Origin: a bacterium
GTDB lineage: Bacteria; SAR324; JACQKK01
NCBI GenBank assembly: GCA_035266845.1
Contig: DATFMP010000103.1
Span: 42,891 to 106,890, forward strand
DNA length: 64,000 bases
Direction of reading: 5' to 3'
The position numbers and the translations under genes were made by a program. The notes under the pieces were generated by a model. It did no database searches. It saw nothing but the letters and a program-made list of their open reading frames with translations, and was not told where the DNA came from. Of the stretch, positions 18,908 through 30,567 are shown piece by piece (the first letter of the stretch is position 1; the number at the start of each line of letters is the position of its first letter).

Positions 18908-19708
18908 TCAGGACTTGCGGTCGGGGTAGCTCACGGCGAGGCTGGCCGCCGGGCTGTTCTGCACGCCCCAGGGGGAGATGGGGTAGCGGAAGCCGTTGCG
19001 GCTGAGGCTGGCCAATCCCTCCAGAATTTTCGGCAGGTAGCTGGGCGCGAGCGCGATTAGCATCTCGTCGTCCGCCACACCGCCAAAGCGCCGCTCCGCG
19101 TAACAGGGGATGGAAAGCGAGGGCTCGCCCGTGCTGAGTGCCTTGCCCCAGGAATCCGCGCAGGCGCTCTCTCCCACCACCGTGAACTCCAGCTTCTTGT
19201 AGCCGGTGTACTGCAGGCCGTTGATGAAGAGGATCATCTGCCCGGGCGTGCCGTAGATCAGGCAGATATCCGGATCGGGCAGGCGGCCGGAGACCAGCGG
19301 CGAGACCACCACCGCCTCGTAGTCGCCGTGGGGCGCGCAGTCCATCGCCTCCTGGTGCGCCGCGGCGTCCGGGCCCGTGCCGTACCACACGTTGATCATG
19401 TGCTGGCCACTGAGCCAGTCCTCGCTGCGCGGCGCCAAGCCAATGGGGCGGGCGCATTGGGGCCCTGCGAAGTCGTCCGCGGTCACGCCCACCGTCCAGC
19501 CCAGCAGCCGCGCCTGACCCACCACCTGGTCGAACACCATCTTCTCCGCGGGCCGGCGGATCTTGGGGATGGCCTCCATCTCCGCGCGCGTCTTGAGGCG
19601 CTTCATGCCGATGGGGATGCTGCGCAGCCGCAGGTAGCGGTTCAGCTCCTCCACGATCGCGGGGAAGTCGTAGCCGGCAGTGGACGGAGTGGTGGCGGGC
19701 TCGCTCAT
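18908..19708 (-). CDS. DUF169-like protein
   Basis: SD GAGGA. Overall resemblance to the DUF169/COG2043 family; this is recollection-level and needs an HMM check. Confidence 0.6.
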   Translation of the reverse strand: MSEPATTPSTAGYDFPAIVEELNRYLRLRSIPIGMKRLKTRAEMEAIPKIRRPAEKMVFDQVVGQARLLGWTVGVTADDFAGPQCARPIGLAPRSEDWLSGQHMINVWYGTGPDAAAHQEAMDCAPHGDYEAVVVSPLVSGRLPDPDICLIYGTPGQMILFINGLQYTGYKKLEFTVVGESACADSWGKALSTGEPSLSIPCYAERRFGGVADDEMLIALAPSYLPKILEGLASLSRNGFRYPISPWGVQNSPAASLAVSYPDRKS

Positions 19709-19866
19709 GTCGGATCCTCAAGGGTTCGCAATAGGACTTGCCCCGGCGCTTGAGCGCCGGCCGACCAACAACAGAGGGATGGCGTCAGCCTATGCAATCA
19801 CCCCGCGCCGCGCAAGCGGCCTGGTCCGGCGCCCCGGAGCCACACACGCCTCGGCGTGGCACGGGC

Positions 19867-20754
19867 TCAGCGCCCGAAACGGCGCTGGCGCTGGTGGTAA
19901 TCGCGCAGGGCGCGCAGGAAGTCTATCTTGCGGAAAGCGGGCCAGTACGTATCGCAGAAGTAGAACTCGGAGTACACGGACTGCCACAGCAGGAAGCCGG
20001 ACAGGCGCACCTCGCCGCTGGTGCGGATGATCAGGTCCGGGTCGGGCAGTTCGGAGGTGTACAGGTAGGGCGCGACGCAGCCGGGTTCCAGCGTTTCAGC
20101 AATTTCCGCCACGCTGCGGCCCTTTGCCGCCTGGTCGCGCAGGTAGCGCGAGAAGGCATCGATGATCTCCTCGCGGCCGCCATAGGCCACACCGATGTTC
20201 AGCGTGCGGCGGGTGTAGTGGCAGGTGGCGGCTTCCGCATCGCGGATGGCCTGACGCACGGATTCCGGCAGCACCTCCACCTTGCCCAGCGAGCGCACGC
20301 GGATCTGGTTCTTGTGGATGCGTGGGTGCGTGACCAGTTCCAGGAACTTGCGCTCGAAGAGCTGCATCAGCATGCGCACTTCGGCCGGATCGCGCTTGAA
20401 GTTGTCCAGCGAGAAGATCCAGACCGTGACGACCTGGACGCCCACCTCCTCGCACCAGTTCAGCACGTCCTCCAGCTTGTCCGCCCCGCGCACGTGCCCG
20501 TCCGTCACCCGCAGCAGGTGTTGGTCGCGGGCGAAGCGCCGGTTGCCGTCCATGATGATCCCGATGTGCTGCGGGATGCGCCAGCCGGCCGCGGCGGCGC
20601 TCAGACGTCGCTCATAGATCGCGTAGAACGGGGCCAGCACCAGTCCCCGCAGCCACATGCCCAGCAGCCATGCCGAGGTGGTGACGAGTTCCAGGCGTTT
20701 CCGCCATCGGGCTGGGGAGTCGCTGATGCTGCTCGGAGAAGCCGTCGGATTCAT
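19867..20754 (-). CDS. cis-prenyltransferase (undecaprenyl-diphosphate synthase family) with N-terminal hydrophobic extension
   Basis: IGIIMDGNRRFA, RTSGEVRLSGFLLWQSVYSEFYF. The catalytic core begins about 75 aa after the ATG at 20754. Confidence 0.8.
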   Translation of the reverse strand: MNPTASPSSISDSPARWRKRLELVTTSAWLLGMWLRGLVLAPFYAIYERRLSAAAAGWRIPQHIGIIMDGNRRFARDQHLLRVTDGHVRGADKLEDVLNWCEEVGVQVVTVWIFSLDNFKRDPAEVRMLMQLFERKFLELVTHPRIHKNQIRVRSLGKVEVLPESVRQAIRDAEAATCHYTRRTLNIGVAYGGREEIIDAFSRYLRDQAAKGRSVAEIAETLEPGCVAPYLYTSELPDPDLIIRTSGEVRLSGFLLWQSVYSEFYFCDTYWPAFRKIDFLRALRDYHQRQRRFGR

Positions 20755-20987
20755 CGCGGTGGGGATTGGTGCAGCCGCGGTCCTAGGACACGCGGCGGAG
20801 TGCATCGGGTCTCCGCCCAGCCCGGCGCATGGACAAATCGTATCAGTATACCGGGCCAGGCCCGAAGCTGTCCAGGAAGTGAGCAGGCGGGCGCCGGCCC
20901 GCGCAGCCGTTGCCAAGACACACGGCTTCGCCGTCAACGGGACCGGCGTCTGTCAACCGGATCGCCGCAGGACCGCGGCGGTTCGAG

Positions 20988-22203
20988 TCACGTTCGATTT
21001 GCTTCCAGCCGCTCCAGCGCACTGTGCACGAGGCTGGGCAGGAGGGTGCGGCGAAACGCGATCAGGCCCGGGCGCTCGCCCAGTGCCTTGACGGCGGGCA
21101 CGGCGCGGCAGGCCAGCAGGTAGTCCGTGCGCCCCGCAGCCGCGATCTGCTCCAGCCGTGCTTGCACCAGCGCCGCATCCGGATAGGCGAGGTGCTCCAG
21201 GTACGCGGGCGGTGCACCGGGGTGGTGGAACTCGAAGTCCGGCACCAGGCTGCGGTTGCCGGGCAGCGGCAGCAAGGCCTCGGCCGCGGCCGCGCGCCAG
21301 GGCGAATCCGTCTCGTTGAAGCGCTCCACGAAGCGGCGCACCTCGTCGGAGACCCACTGCCCGTGGTCGGGGTAGTGGCTGCGCAGCCAGGGGTGGGGCT
21401 CCAGCCGCAGCAGGGCGGGCTGGCGGGTCTTGCCCAGCCGCAACTCCGCCTCCAGCCGCCAGGGTTGCTCCCACAGCAGCAGGGCGGGGAAGAATTGCGC
21501 CAGCTCCAGCCCGTAGCGCGTGGCGGAGTCCAGCACGCTCAGGGGGCCGTCCACCACCAGCCACAGCGGCCCGGGCTCCGCACCGGCGTCGGCCGGCACC
21601 TCCTGGCGGAAGAGCAGGCGGTAGAACTTCAGGTAGCGCATCAGTTGCCGCAGCCGGCGCGGCTCCGGCCAGGGCGCCGAGATCGTGACCCGCTCCGCGC
21701 GCAGCAGCAGCCCCTGCACCTGCGCCACGTTGTAGCGATAGGGCAGTTCCTCCGCCCGCAGGGGCTCCAGGGACAGCAGGCGCTGGTGCTCCTCCAGGTC
21801 CGCGAAGAGCGCGGCATCGGCGGCGGCCACGTCCAGGCCCAACGGGGTGGCCGCGCCACCCAGCACGGCGGCGCGCCAGGCAGGCGTGCCCGGCGCCTCG
21901 TCTGAGCGCCATGCCGCCGCCGCGGCATCGAACACGGCTTGGCGCAGCGTCGCCGGATCGGCCGCCGCAGCCACCTCGAACGTGCAGCGCTCCAGCAGCA
22001 GGCGCGCCAACCCCTGCGGGGCGCGGGGCGGCAGAGCGGGGAAGTCCGCGGCACGCAGGGCTTCCTCCAACTCGCCGCGGGGCTGCCCCACGTGGGCCTG
22101 CACCAGCGCCAGCAGGTCCCGTGCCGCCTCGCACGCAGCGGGGGCGGCGGGGTCCAGCAGCCGAGGTTTCACCTGCCCCTGGCGGCGGCGATAGTCCAGC
22201 AGA

Positions 22204-22217
<14 letters not shown>
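20988..22217 (-). CDS. DUF790 / Bax1-like nuclease partner of XPB helicase
   Basis: About 410 aa, starting 14 nt before the stop of the helicase gene. General resemblance to DUF790; recollection-level. Confidence 0.55.
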
Positions 22218-23586
<1,369 letters not shown>

Positions 23587-23732
23587 CCTAAATCCCCAAC
23601 GAATTCAGAATCGTGAGTACACATCAATTGATATTTGGACTCACTGCCGGTATACGTATTTGCGAGGGATCGTTCGCTGGTGTCGCCTTTTTGCTTGTCT
23701 TCTCTTGAACCTTGTCTTCTGGAGCGGATCCC

Positions 23733-23954
23733 ATGGGAGAGCAACGGCATGAGCACACCCATCGGCATCAGCCGCCGCACGAGGCCGTCCTGTTGAGCAA
23801 GATCATCACGGAGAAGAAGCAGATCCGGATCACCTTTCTCGATGGCGACATCCTGATCGATGGCTTGCGCTGGCACACGCCCTATCACTTGGGTATGAAA
23901 GACGGCAAGGTCATCAACAAGTCCGCCATCAAGTTCTGGGAAGTGATCGATTGA
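23733..23954 (+). CDS. small His-rich protein with Sm/Hfq-like core
   Basis: SD GGAGCGG. IRITFLDGDILIDGLRWHTPYHL...INKSAIKFWEV resembles the Hfq Sm1/Sm2 layout. Lies in a locally AT-richer patch. Confidence 0.4.
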   Translation: MGEQRHEHTHRHQPPHEAVLLSKIITEKKQIRITFLDGDILIDGLRWHTPYHLGMKDGKVINKSAIKFWEVID

Positions 23955-24099
23955 CCGCTGCACCTCCCGGCCGCAATGCGCACAATCTCACCACCGCGCC
24001 CCCCAAAGGCCAGCGCATTGCATAGCCGAACGCCATAAGGCGCCGCTCGTTCCGGGCTTACGTACAGTCTGCTTGCACTCCTCCGGTAATTGAACCTCC

Positions 24100-25746
24100 A
24101 TGGCATCGCCCCGCAACGCACCCAGGAAACCCGGCCGCGGCTCGCGCCGCGGCGACACCGAGTTGTCCGGCAATTCACAAGGCTCCGTACTGAAGAACTG
24201 GATTATGCCCCTGGCGCTTGTCGGCGGGCTGACAATAATCGGGTTCATGGGGCTCCGGTACGCGGACATCCTCTTCGAGCACCAGAAGTTCGGCTTTTGG
24301 GAGGTGAGCTTCCTCACCGATGCCGAGCCGGCCTCGGATGTGATCGTCAACGTCGGCCAGGTGACCATCCAGTTGCTGGGTGGCGTGCTTGCCGTAGTCG
24401 CCATCGTGGTGCAGCTCGCCGCGCAGCGCTACACCCCCAAGCTGGTCGACCTGTTCATCGAAGACCGCGTCAACATCGCCTACATCGTGCTGCTGACGGT
24501 CACGAACTTCTACTGCGGCGTGATGATGTTCGCGCTGCACAAGGACTTCCTGCCGTTCTGGACAACGCTGGTGCTGCTGGTGATGACGGCGCTGTCGTTC
24601 GTGCTGCTGATTCCGTACTTCAGCTATGTGTTCCGGTTCCTGACGCCGGTGAACATCATCCGCATCATCCGCCGCAACACCAACTCGGCCATGCAGAAGC
24701 TGCTGGGCCAGGAGTTGAAAAAGGACGACGTGCGCCGCCTGCAGAACGAGGTGGCCAACTCCATGGAGCAGATCAGCGACATCGCGCTCAGCGCCGTCTC
24801 CCAGATGGACCGCAACGTGGCCCTGATGGCCGTGCGCTCCCTCAAGGACGTGATGGTGGATCACCTGCTGATCAAGCGCAAGATGCCGCGGCGCTGGTTC
24901 GTGCCCATGAAGCAGCACTTTCCGGCCATCTCCTCCGACTTCATCCAGGAACTTTACCGGGGCAAGAACTGGGTGGAAATGAAGGGCTTCCTGGATATGG
25001 AGCTGATCTTCAAGATGGCCATCCAGGACATGCCCGATGCCGTGAGCGCCATCGCCAACAGCACCAAGATCGTGGGGCTCTACGCCATCAAGCTGAAGGA
25101 CCACCAGGTGCTGCAGGACGTGATCCAGTTCTTCAACACCTTCCTGCGGCACGCAGTCAATGCGCGCAGCCCCAAAGCCATCTACAACCTGTTCTACCAA
25201 TACCGCCTGCTGGCAGAGGAAGTGCTGGTGGTGGATCGACCCTTGGCCGAGCGCATCGCGTTCTACTTCAAGTACTATGGGCAGACGGCGCAATCGTACA
25301 ACATCCCGTTGATCCTCATCACGGCCAGCTTCGACCTTGCCCAGCTCCTTAAGCGCGCCTACGAGATGCAGGTGCCGAACATCCAGACACTGATGAGCAC
25401 CTTTCTGGAAGTGGACGACAATCCGGCCACCCAGGCGAACGAGTTCGACCTGCGCAGCGTGCGCAAAGCGCAACTCAACTTTGCCAGCTACCTGCTCTCC
25501 ATGGGTGACGATAAGCTGGTGCAGCGCATCCTGGAAGACATGAAGGTGGAGCCCCAAAGCCGCATGGAGGCCATTCGCAACGAGATGATGGCCGTGAAGG
25601 ACCGCAAGTTCTGGGAGGTCACCGACCGCGGCGTGGACTTCTTCTACATGGACGACAACCAGAAGCACTACCTGAACGAGTTCTTCACGCGCTACCTTGA
25701 ACCGCATTACGCCGAGCGGCCGCAACTGGCCGCTCAGGGCGGCTGA
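24100..25746 (+). CDS. polytopic membrane protein with large soluble C-terminal domain (DUF2254-like)
   Basis: About 4 N-terminal TM helices, then a 350-aa soluble region. Noticeably lower GC and more Lys/Ile/Phe/Asn than its neighbours. Confidence 0.55.
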   Translation: MASPRNAPRKPGRGSRRGDTELSGNSQGSVLKNWIMPLALVGGLTIIGFMGLRYADILFEHQKFGFWEVSFLTDAEPASDVIVNVGQVTIQLLGGVLAVVAIVVQLAAQRYTPKLVDLFIEDRVNIAYIVLLTVTNFYCGVMMFALHKDFLPFWTTLVLLVMTALSFVLLIPYFSYVFRFLTPVNIIRIIRRNTNSAMQKLLGQELKKDDVRRLQNEVANSMEQISDIALSAVSQMDRNVALMAVRSLKDVMVDHLLIKRKMPRRWFVPMKQHFPAISSDFIQELYRGKNWVEMKGFLDMELIFKMAIQDMPDAVSAIANSTKIVGLYAIKLKDHQVLQDVIQFFNTFLRHAVNARSPKAIYNLFYQYRLLAEEVLVVDRPLAERIAFYFKYYGQTAQSYNIPLILITASFDLAQLLKRAYEMQVPNIQTLMSTFLEVDDNPATQANEFDLRSVRKAQLNFASYLLSMGDDKLVQRILEDMKVEPQSRMEAIRNEMMAVKDRKFWEVTDRGVDFFYMDDNQKHYLNEFFTRYLEPHYAERPQLAAQGG

Positions 25747-25897
25747 TCCGTCGTCGCCCGCGCTTGCCAAGCCCCTACCCCCCATGATTGGCTGATGGCT
25801 CTCCGGCACGGAGGGCCTGCAGAGCCCTCCCCGTGACCGGCATCCGGTTTCACGTGGGCGAGCACCCGGGCCGCAAAGGCGGTCGCCGCCCCCCGTC

Positions 25898-26386
25898 GTG
25901 CGAGCGTCCGTGCCTGTCGACAGCGCCGAGTTCAGAACCGCCCTCAGCCACTGGTCCAGCGGCGTGGCCATCATCACCACGCGCGATGCGGACGGGGCCC
26001 CCGTGGGCCTCACCGCCACGTCGTTCGCCTCGCTCTCGCTGGATCCGCCGCTGATCCTGTTCTGCCTGGGGCTGGAGTCAACAACGCGCGAGGCGTTCGT
26101 CGCCGCGCAGGGCTTTGCGGTGCACATGCTGACCGCACAACAGGAATCGCTCTCCAATCGCTTCGCCGCCAAGGGCGGGGACAAGTTCGCGGGCCTGGAG
26201 TGGAGCGAGGGCCGCAGGGGTACACCGCTGCTCCCGCACTGCCTGGCCGTGCTGGAGTGCCGCATGCATGCCCAGCTTCCCGGCGGCGATCACATCATCA
26301 TGGTGGGTGAGGTGGAGGGCATCACCACGCATGGTGGTGAGCCTCTGCTGTACTACCGCGGTGCGTACCACCGCGCGACTCGCTAG
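25898..26386 (+). CDS. flavin reductase family protein
   Basis: FRTALSHWSSGVAIITT...GLTATSFASLSLDPPLILFCL. Confidence 0.8.
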   Translation: MRASVPVDSAEFRTALSHWSSGVAIITTRDADGAPVGLTATSFASLSLDPPLILFCLGLESTTREAFVAAQGFAVHMLTAQQESLSNRFAAKGGDKFAGLEWSEGRRGTPLLPHCLAVLECRMHAQLPGGDHIIMVGEVEGITTHGGEPLLYYRGAYHRATR

Positions 26387-26430
26387 CCGCAGGGGACCGC
26401 GCCCGGCAATGCCGACGACGGGCCGGCGGC

Positions 26431-27333
26431 CTAGTTCTCCAGCCGCAGCAGCGTCAGCTTGTTCAGCACCAGGCTCGGGATCAGCTTGTTGGGCTCCTGG
26501 GGCATGGGGTATTCCTCGCCGTTCAGGTACACCGCCACGCCGTTGGACTTGCCGATGGTGAGGCGGAACTCCTGGTTCGCCTCCCAGGCCACCGTCTCGG
26601 CGGGCTGCATCAGCACGTCGATGGCCGGCGCACGGTCGATGGACAGCCGCACCCAGGTGCGCTCCAGCCCGCGGATCGTCAGCTCCAGCTTGTTCCGGCC
26701 CGATACCGCTCCGCTGCGGGCCGTTCCCGCCGGGCCGGAGGCGGCACTGGCCTGAGGCGGCGGCGCGGGAGCCGCCGGCGCCGCACCGGGGCTCGCAGGC
26801 GTCGCGGCGGCGGGTGTACCTTGGGTGGCGGGCACGGTGGCAGCGGGCGTGCCCTGGGCCGCCGGGGTCGCGGGCATTGTGGCGGCCGGCTGGCTCACCA
26901 CCGGCTCAGGGGGCCGCGAGCCACGGAACAGCACGAAGCCCACCCACAGGATCAGGATCGCCAGCAGCGCAAACAGGCCCATCTTGACGTAGGAGGGGCG
27001 GGCCACCTCCGTGTCCAGCACCATCGGGTTGCTGGCCTGCAGTTGCGTGGCCCCTGGGTGCCCAGCGGGCGGATCGAGCTGCTGCAGCGCGGCGTCGAGC
27101 TCCGGGTCCTGGATCTGCAGCACCGAGATGTAGTTGCGGATGAAGCCCTTGACGAACGCCATCCCCGGCAGACCTTGCAGGTCACCGGTCTCGATCTTCT
27201 CCAGGAAGCTCTGATTGATGCGGGTGTGGGCGGACAACTCCTGCAGGGTATACCCGTGCTCCTCCCGGGCGGACCGTAACCGGCTGCCGATCTGCATGAA
27301 CAGATCGAGGATCTCCTTGGAATGGTCTGCCAT
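26431..27333 (-). CDS. rodZ: RodZ-like cytoskeleton protein (HTH + TM + DUF4115-like C-terminus)
   Basis: IGSRLRSAREEHGYTLQELSAHTRINQSFLEKIETGD, followed by FVKGFIRNY, a TM helix and a Pro/Ala-rich linker. Confidence 0.75.
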   Translation of the reverse strand: MADHSKEILDLFMQIGSRLRSAREEHGYTLQELSAHTRINQSFLEKIETGDLQGLPGMAFVKGFIRNYISVLQIQDPELDAALQQLDPPAGHPGATQLQASNPMVLDTEVARPSYVKMGLFALLAILILWVGFVLFRGSRPPEPVVSQPAATMPATPAAQGTPAATVPATQGTPAAATPASPGAAPAAPAPPPQASAASGPAGTARSGAVSGRNKLELTIRGLERTWVRLSIDRAPAIDVLMQPAETVAWEANQEFRLTIGKSNGVAVYLNGEEYPMPQEPNKLIPSLVLNKLTLLRLEN

Positions 27334-27343
27334 GGTGCGGCGC

Positions 27344-28207
27344 TCAGCGCGAAGGGGGGAGGTAACGCCCGATGATGGGCTCCAGGTCGGCACGCGCCTG
27401 CGCAGGGATGCGGTCCGGCGGGGTCAGCAGGGCGTAGCGCAACGAGTCGTGGCAACTGCACGGCCGGGAGGGATCCAGCCGCTCCACCACGCCGGCCAGC
27501 AGGCGTTTGGACGTGGCGACGTTCTGGGCCATCACCTTGAGCACGGAGTCCACACTCACCTCCGCCTCGGTCTCGTGCCAGCAATCATAGTCCGTGGCCA
27601 GGGCGATGGTGGCGAAGCAGAGCTCGGCCTCCCGCGCCAGCTTGGCTTCCTGCAGGTTGGTCATCCCGATCACCGCGCCGCCCCAGGTGCGGTACAGGTT
27701 CGATTCCGCCCGCGTGGAGAAGGCCGGGCCCTCCATGCACACGTACGTACCGCCCGTGTGGTGGGCCACATCGAGCTTTTGCGCGACCGCCGTCAGATCG
27801 TCCTGCAGGTTGGGGCAGACGGGGTCGCCGAACTGCACGTGCGCGATGATCCCCCGGCCGAAGAAGGTGGATTCGCGCAGGAAGGTGCGGTCGATGAACT
27901 GATCGGGAAACACGATGTGGCCCGGCGCGATCTCCTCCCGCAGGCTGCCCACCGCCGAGACCGAAAGCAGGTGCGTGACGCCTAGCTTCTTCATGCCCCA
28001 CACGTTCGCGCGGAACGGAATCTCGCTGGGCAGCAGCCGGTGGCCCTTGCCGTGGCGGGGCAGGAAGATGACCTCGCGGCCGTGCAGGACGCCGGAAACA
28101 TAGGTGTCCGACGGTGCGCCAAAGGGCGTATCGAGCGTGTGCTCCTCAAGGCGGGTCAGCCCCTCCATCTCGTAGAGGCCGCTGCCACCGATGATGCCGA
28201 TTTTCAT
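27344..28207 (-). CDS. mtnP: S-methyl-5'-thioadenosine phosphorylase
   Basis: MKIGIIGGSGLYEMEGL, FLPRHGKGHRLLPSEIPFRANV, GMTNLQEAKLAREAE. Confidence 0.85.
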   Translation of the reverse strand: MKIGIIGGSGLYEMEGLTRLEEHTLDTPFGAPSDTYVSGVLHGREVIFLPRHGKGHRLLPSEIPFRANVWGMKKLGVTHLLSVSAVGSLREEIAPGHIVFPDQFIDRTFLRESTFFGRGIIAHVQFGDPVCPNLQDDLTAVAQKLDVAHHTGGTYVCMEGPAFSTRAESNLYRTWGGAVIGMTNLQEAKLAREAELCFATIALATDYDCWHETEAEVSVDSVLKVMAQNVATSKRLLAGVVERLDPSRPCSCHDSLRYALLTPPDRIPAQARADLEPIIGRYLPPSR

Positions 28208-28298
28208 GGGTGCGTCATGCCGCTTTGGCGGACCCGGCGCAAGGCGATGGCCCTGGCCTGGCTGCCGACCCTGAGGAGACCGCGGGGATGGCAAAAGG

Positions 28299-28371
28299 TG
28301 GCGAGACTCAGAATCGAACTGAGGACACGGGGATTTTCAGTCCCCTGCTCTACCAACTGAGCTATCTCGCC
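28299..28371 (-). tRNA. tRNA-Phe (anticodon GAA)
   Basis: Reverse complement is GGCGAGATAGCTCAGTTGGTAGAGCAGGGGACTGAAAATCCCCGTGTCCTCAGTTCGATTCTGAGTCTCGCCA, a clean cloverleaf. CCA is not fully encoded. Confidence 0.9.
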
Positions 28372-28520
28372 AGATAATCGTCGCAAAACAATTGGTGCTT
28401 ATAAACGGAATGCCGATGCCTTGTCAAGGCGCGCAGCGCCCGCTGGGCCGGAGCCGCCGACTCCCGGCCGAGGCGGACCCACAGGGCTTTCTTGTGTTCC
28501 CATCATGGCTCTGATACGAG

Positions 28521-29591
28521 ATGGAAGGCAAGGGGGAAACAAATTCCAAGGCGCTGAAACGAGTGGTCTTTGGGGACATTTTCAACCAAGTCTACTCCGT
28601 CGATGTGGGTTCGTCACACGTGGTGCTGGCGACCGGATCTGCGCAGGCGATCCTGCGCGAGCCCTGTCTGATCGCCCTGGCCCCCCGCAAAGCCCCGTCC
28701 GGCAGGAAGGCGCGCGCGTCGGTCCCGCAGTTCCGGGTGCAGGCGGTGGGGCGGGATGCTTCCACGCCCGTGCCGGGCGAGGAGAACGGCCTGCAGCTCG
28801 TGCATCCGATCGAGCACGGCCGGATCGCCGATGCGGACGCGCTGGAGCTGGTTCTGCGAAAGGTGATCGAGCAGGCGCGCATGAACCCGCTGCGCAAAGC
28901 CGTGTTCGGGGCGCGTATGACGCTCCTGACCGCCCTGCACCTGGAGGAGCGCGACCGCCTGGGCTACCAGGACCTGCTGCGGGACTTCGGCTTCAACCGG
29001 CTCCGCCTGCTGGATGCGCCCGTGGCCTCCGCCCTTGGCGCGGGGTTGGATACGGGCGAATCGCGGGGGCAGATGCTGATCGACATCGGTGGCGGACAGA
29101 CCACCGTGGTCACCTTCACTATGGGCAGCATCGTGGCTTGGCACTGGTGCCCCGTGGGGGGACGCGCGCTGGACGAAGCCATCGCTGCGCACGTGCAGCA
29201 GCGCTACCGGCTGCACCTGCACCCGGCAACCGCCGAGTCCATCAAGCTGGCACTGGGGTCGGTTTATCCCCGTGCGCGGCCGGAAACGCTGGATATTTCG
29301 GGCTTCGATACGGCCACGGGCGTTGAGAAAAAGGTCTCTCTGGACGATAATGAGCTCCGCGACGTCTTGATGGACGGCTGCGAACCGTTGGTCATGGCGA
29401 TTCATCAAAGCTTCGATGGGGTCCCCCCTGAGCTGGCCGCAGACATCTCGCAGGGAGAGATCACCCTCGTGGGCGGCGGGGCGCTGCTGTCCGGACTGCC
29501 GGAATTCCTGGCCGAGCGCACGGGGCTGCGCTATCGGGTGGCGGCGGACCCCATCAATGCAGCGATCCGCGGGGCCTTTGCGAATGCCTGA
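28521..29591 (+). CDS. mreB: MreB-like actin homologue (divergent phosphate-1 motif)
   Basis: LIDIGGGQTTV, ITLVGGGALLSGL, EHGRIAD. The N-terminal motif is DVGSSHV instead of DLGTANT. Confidence 0.75.
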   Translation: MEGKGETNSKALKRVVFGDIFNQVYSVDVGSSHVVLATGSAQAILREPCLIALAPRKAPSGRKARASVPQFRVQAVGRDASTPVPGEENGLQLVHPIEHGRIADADALELVLRKVIEQARMNPLRKAVFGARMTLLTALHLEERDRLGYQDLLRDFGFNRLRLLDAPVASALGAGLDTGESRGQMLIDIGGGQTTVVTFTMGSIVAWHWCPVGGRALDEAIAAHVQQRYRLHLHPATAESIKLALGSVYPRARPETLDISGFDTATGVEKKVSLDDNELRDVLMDGCEPLVMAIHQSFDGVPPELAADISQGEITLVGGGALLSGLPEFLAERTGLRYRVAADPINAAIRGAFANA

Positions 29592-29667
29592 CCCGGCGGC
29601 GGCTGGGCACCGCAGGGATGCGGTCACGGGCGGAACGCCCGTACGGCGACGATAGGGACAGCGAGCC

Positions 29668-30567
29668 ATGCTCAATCTCATCAAGCGCAATATCTACGTG
29701 CTCACCGCAAGCTGCGTGCTGTTGGTGCTGGTGGTGCTGCTCTCGCTGCGCTGGAGCCAGCCAGCCACCGCGCGCTGGGTGGACGAATCGCTGGAGTCCG
29801 TCGCCTACCCCTTCCAGGCGGTGTTCTACCGCACCAAAACCGGGCTGGTAAACCTGTTCCGCGATTACATCGCGCTGGTCAACCTGAAGCAGGAGAACGA
29901 CCGCCTGCACCTGCAGGTGCAGGCGCTGCAGGAGGAGCTGAACCACTACGTGAACAGCTCCATCCAGTTCAACCTGCTGCGCGATCAGTTGGGCTTCCTG
30001 GAAGAGAACCCGGAGCGCAAGGTATTCGCTGAGGTCATCGGGGAGTCGGCGGACAACATCCACCACGTGCTGCTGATCAACAAGGGCCGGACGGCCGGCA
30101 TCCGCCGCAACTTCCCCGTTGTGCTGCGCGAGGGGGTGGTTGGGCGCATCCAGTCCGTCTCCGCGCTGCAATCGGTGGTGGAGCTGATCGTGGACCGCCG
30201 CCACCGCTTCCCCGTGCTCATCCAACGCTCGCGCGAACGCATGGAGGCTCAGGGCCAGGGCAGCAGCCTGCGCCTGCAGCCGAAGGACCGCGGCATTGCC
30301 TATGGCACGGGCGACGGTCTGCGCATGCACCGCATCCGCATGCTGGCCGATGTGGAATCGGGTGACCGCGTGATAACCAGCGGGCTGGCGGGGATCTTCC
30401 CCAAAGGGCTGTTGGTGGGCACGGTTACCAATGTCAGCCGCGCCAACTATGAGCTGTTCCAGTCCGCGGAGATCCGGCCGGTGGTGGATTTCAACAAGAT
30501 CGAGGGGGTGTTCGTGATTCTGCGTGACACCGGCAGCCCCGCCCACCCCCTGTTCACCGGCCAATGA
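29668..30567 (+). CDS. mreC: rod shape-determining protein MreC
   Basis: N-terminal TM, coiled coil (LKQENDRLHLQVQALQEEL), and C-terminal beta domains with ITSGLAGIFPKGLLVG. Confidence 0.8.
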   Translation: MLNLIKRNIYVLTASCVLLVLVVLLSLRWSQPATARWVDESLESVAYPFQAVFYRTKTGLVNLFRDYIALVNLKQENDRLHLQVQALQEELNHYVNSSIQFNLLRDQLGFLEENPERKVFAEVIGESADNIHHVLLINKGRTAGIRRNFPVVLREGVVGRIQSVSALQSVVELIVDRRHRFPVLIQRSRERMEAQGQGSSLRLQPKDRGIAYGTGDGLRMHRIRMLADVESGDRVITSGLAGIFPKGLLVGTVTNVSRANYELFQSAEIRPVVDFNKIEGVFVILRDTGSPAHPLFTGQ

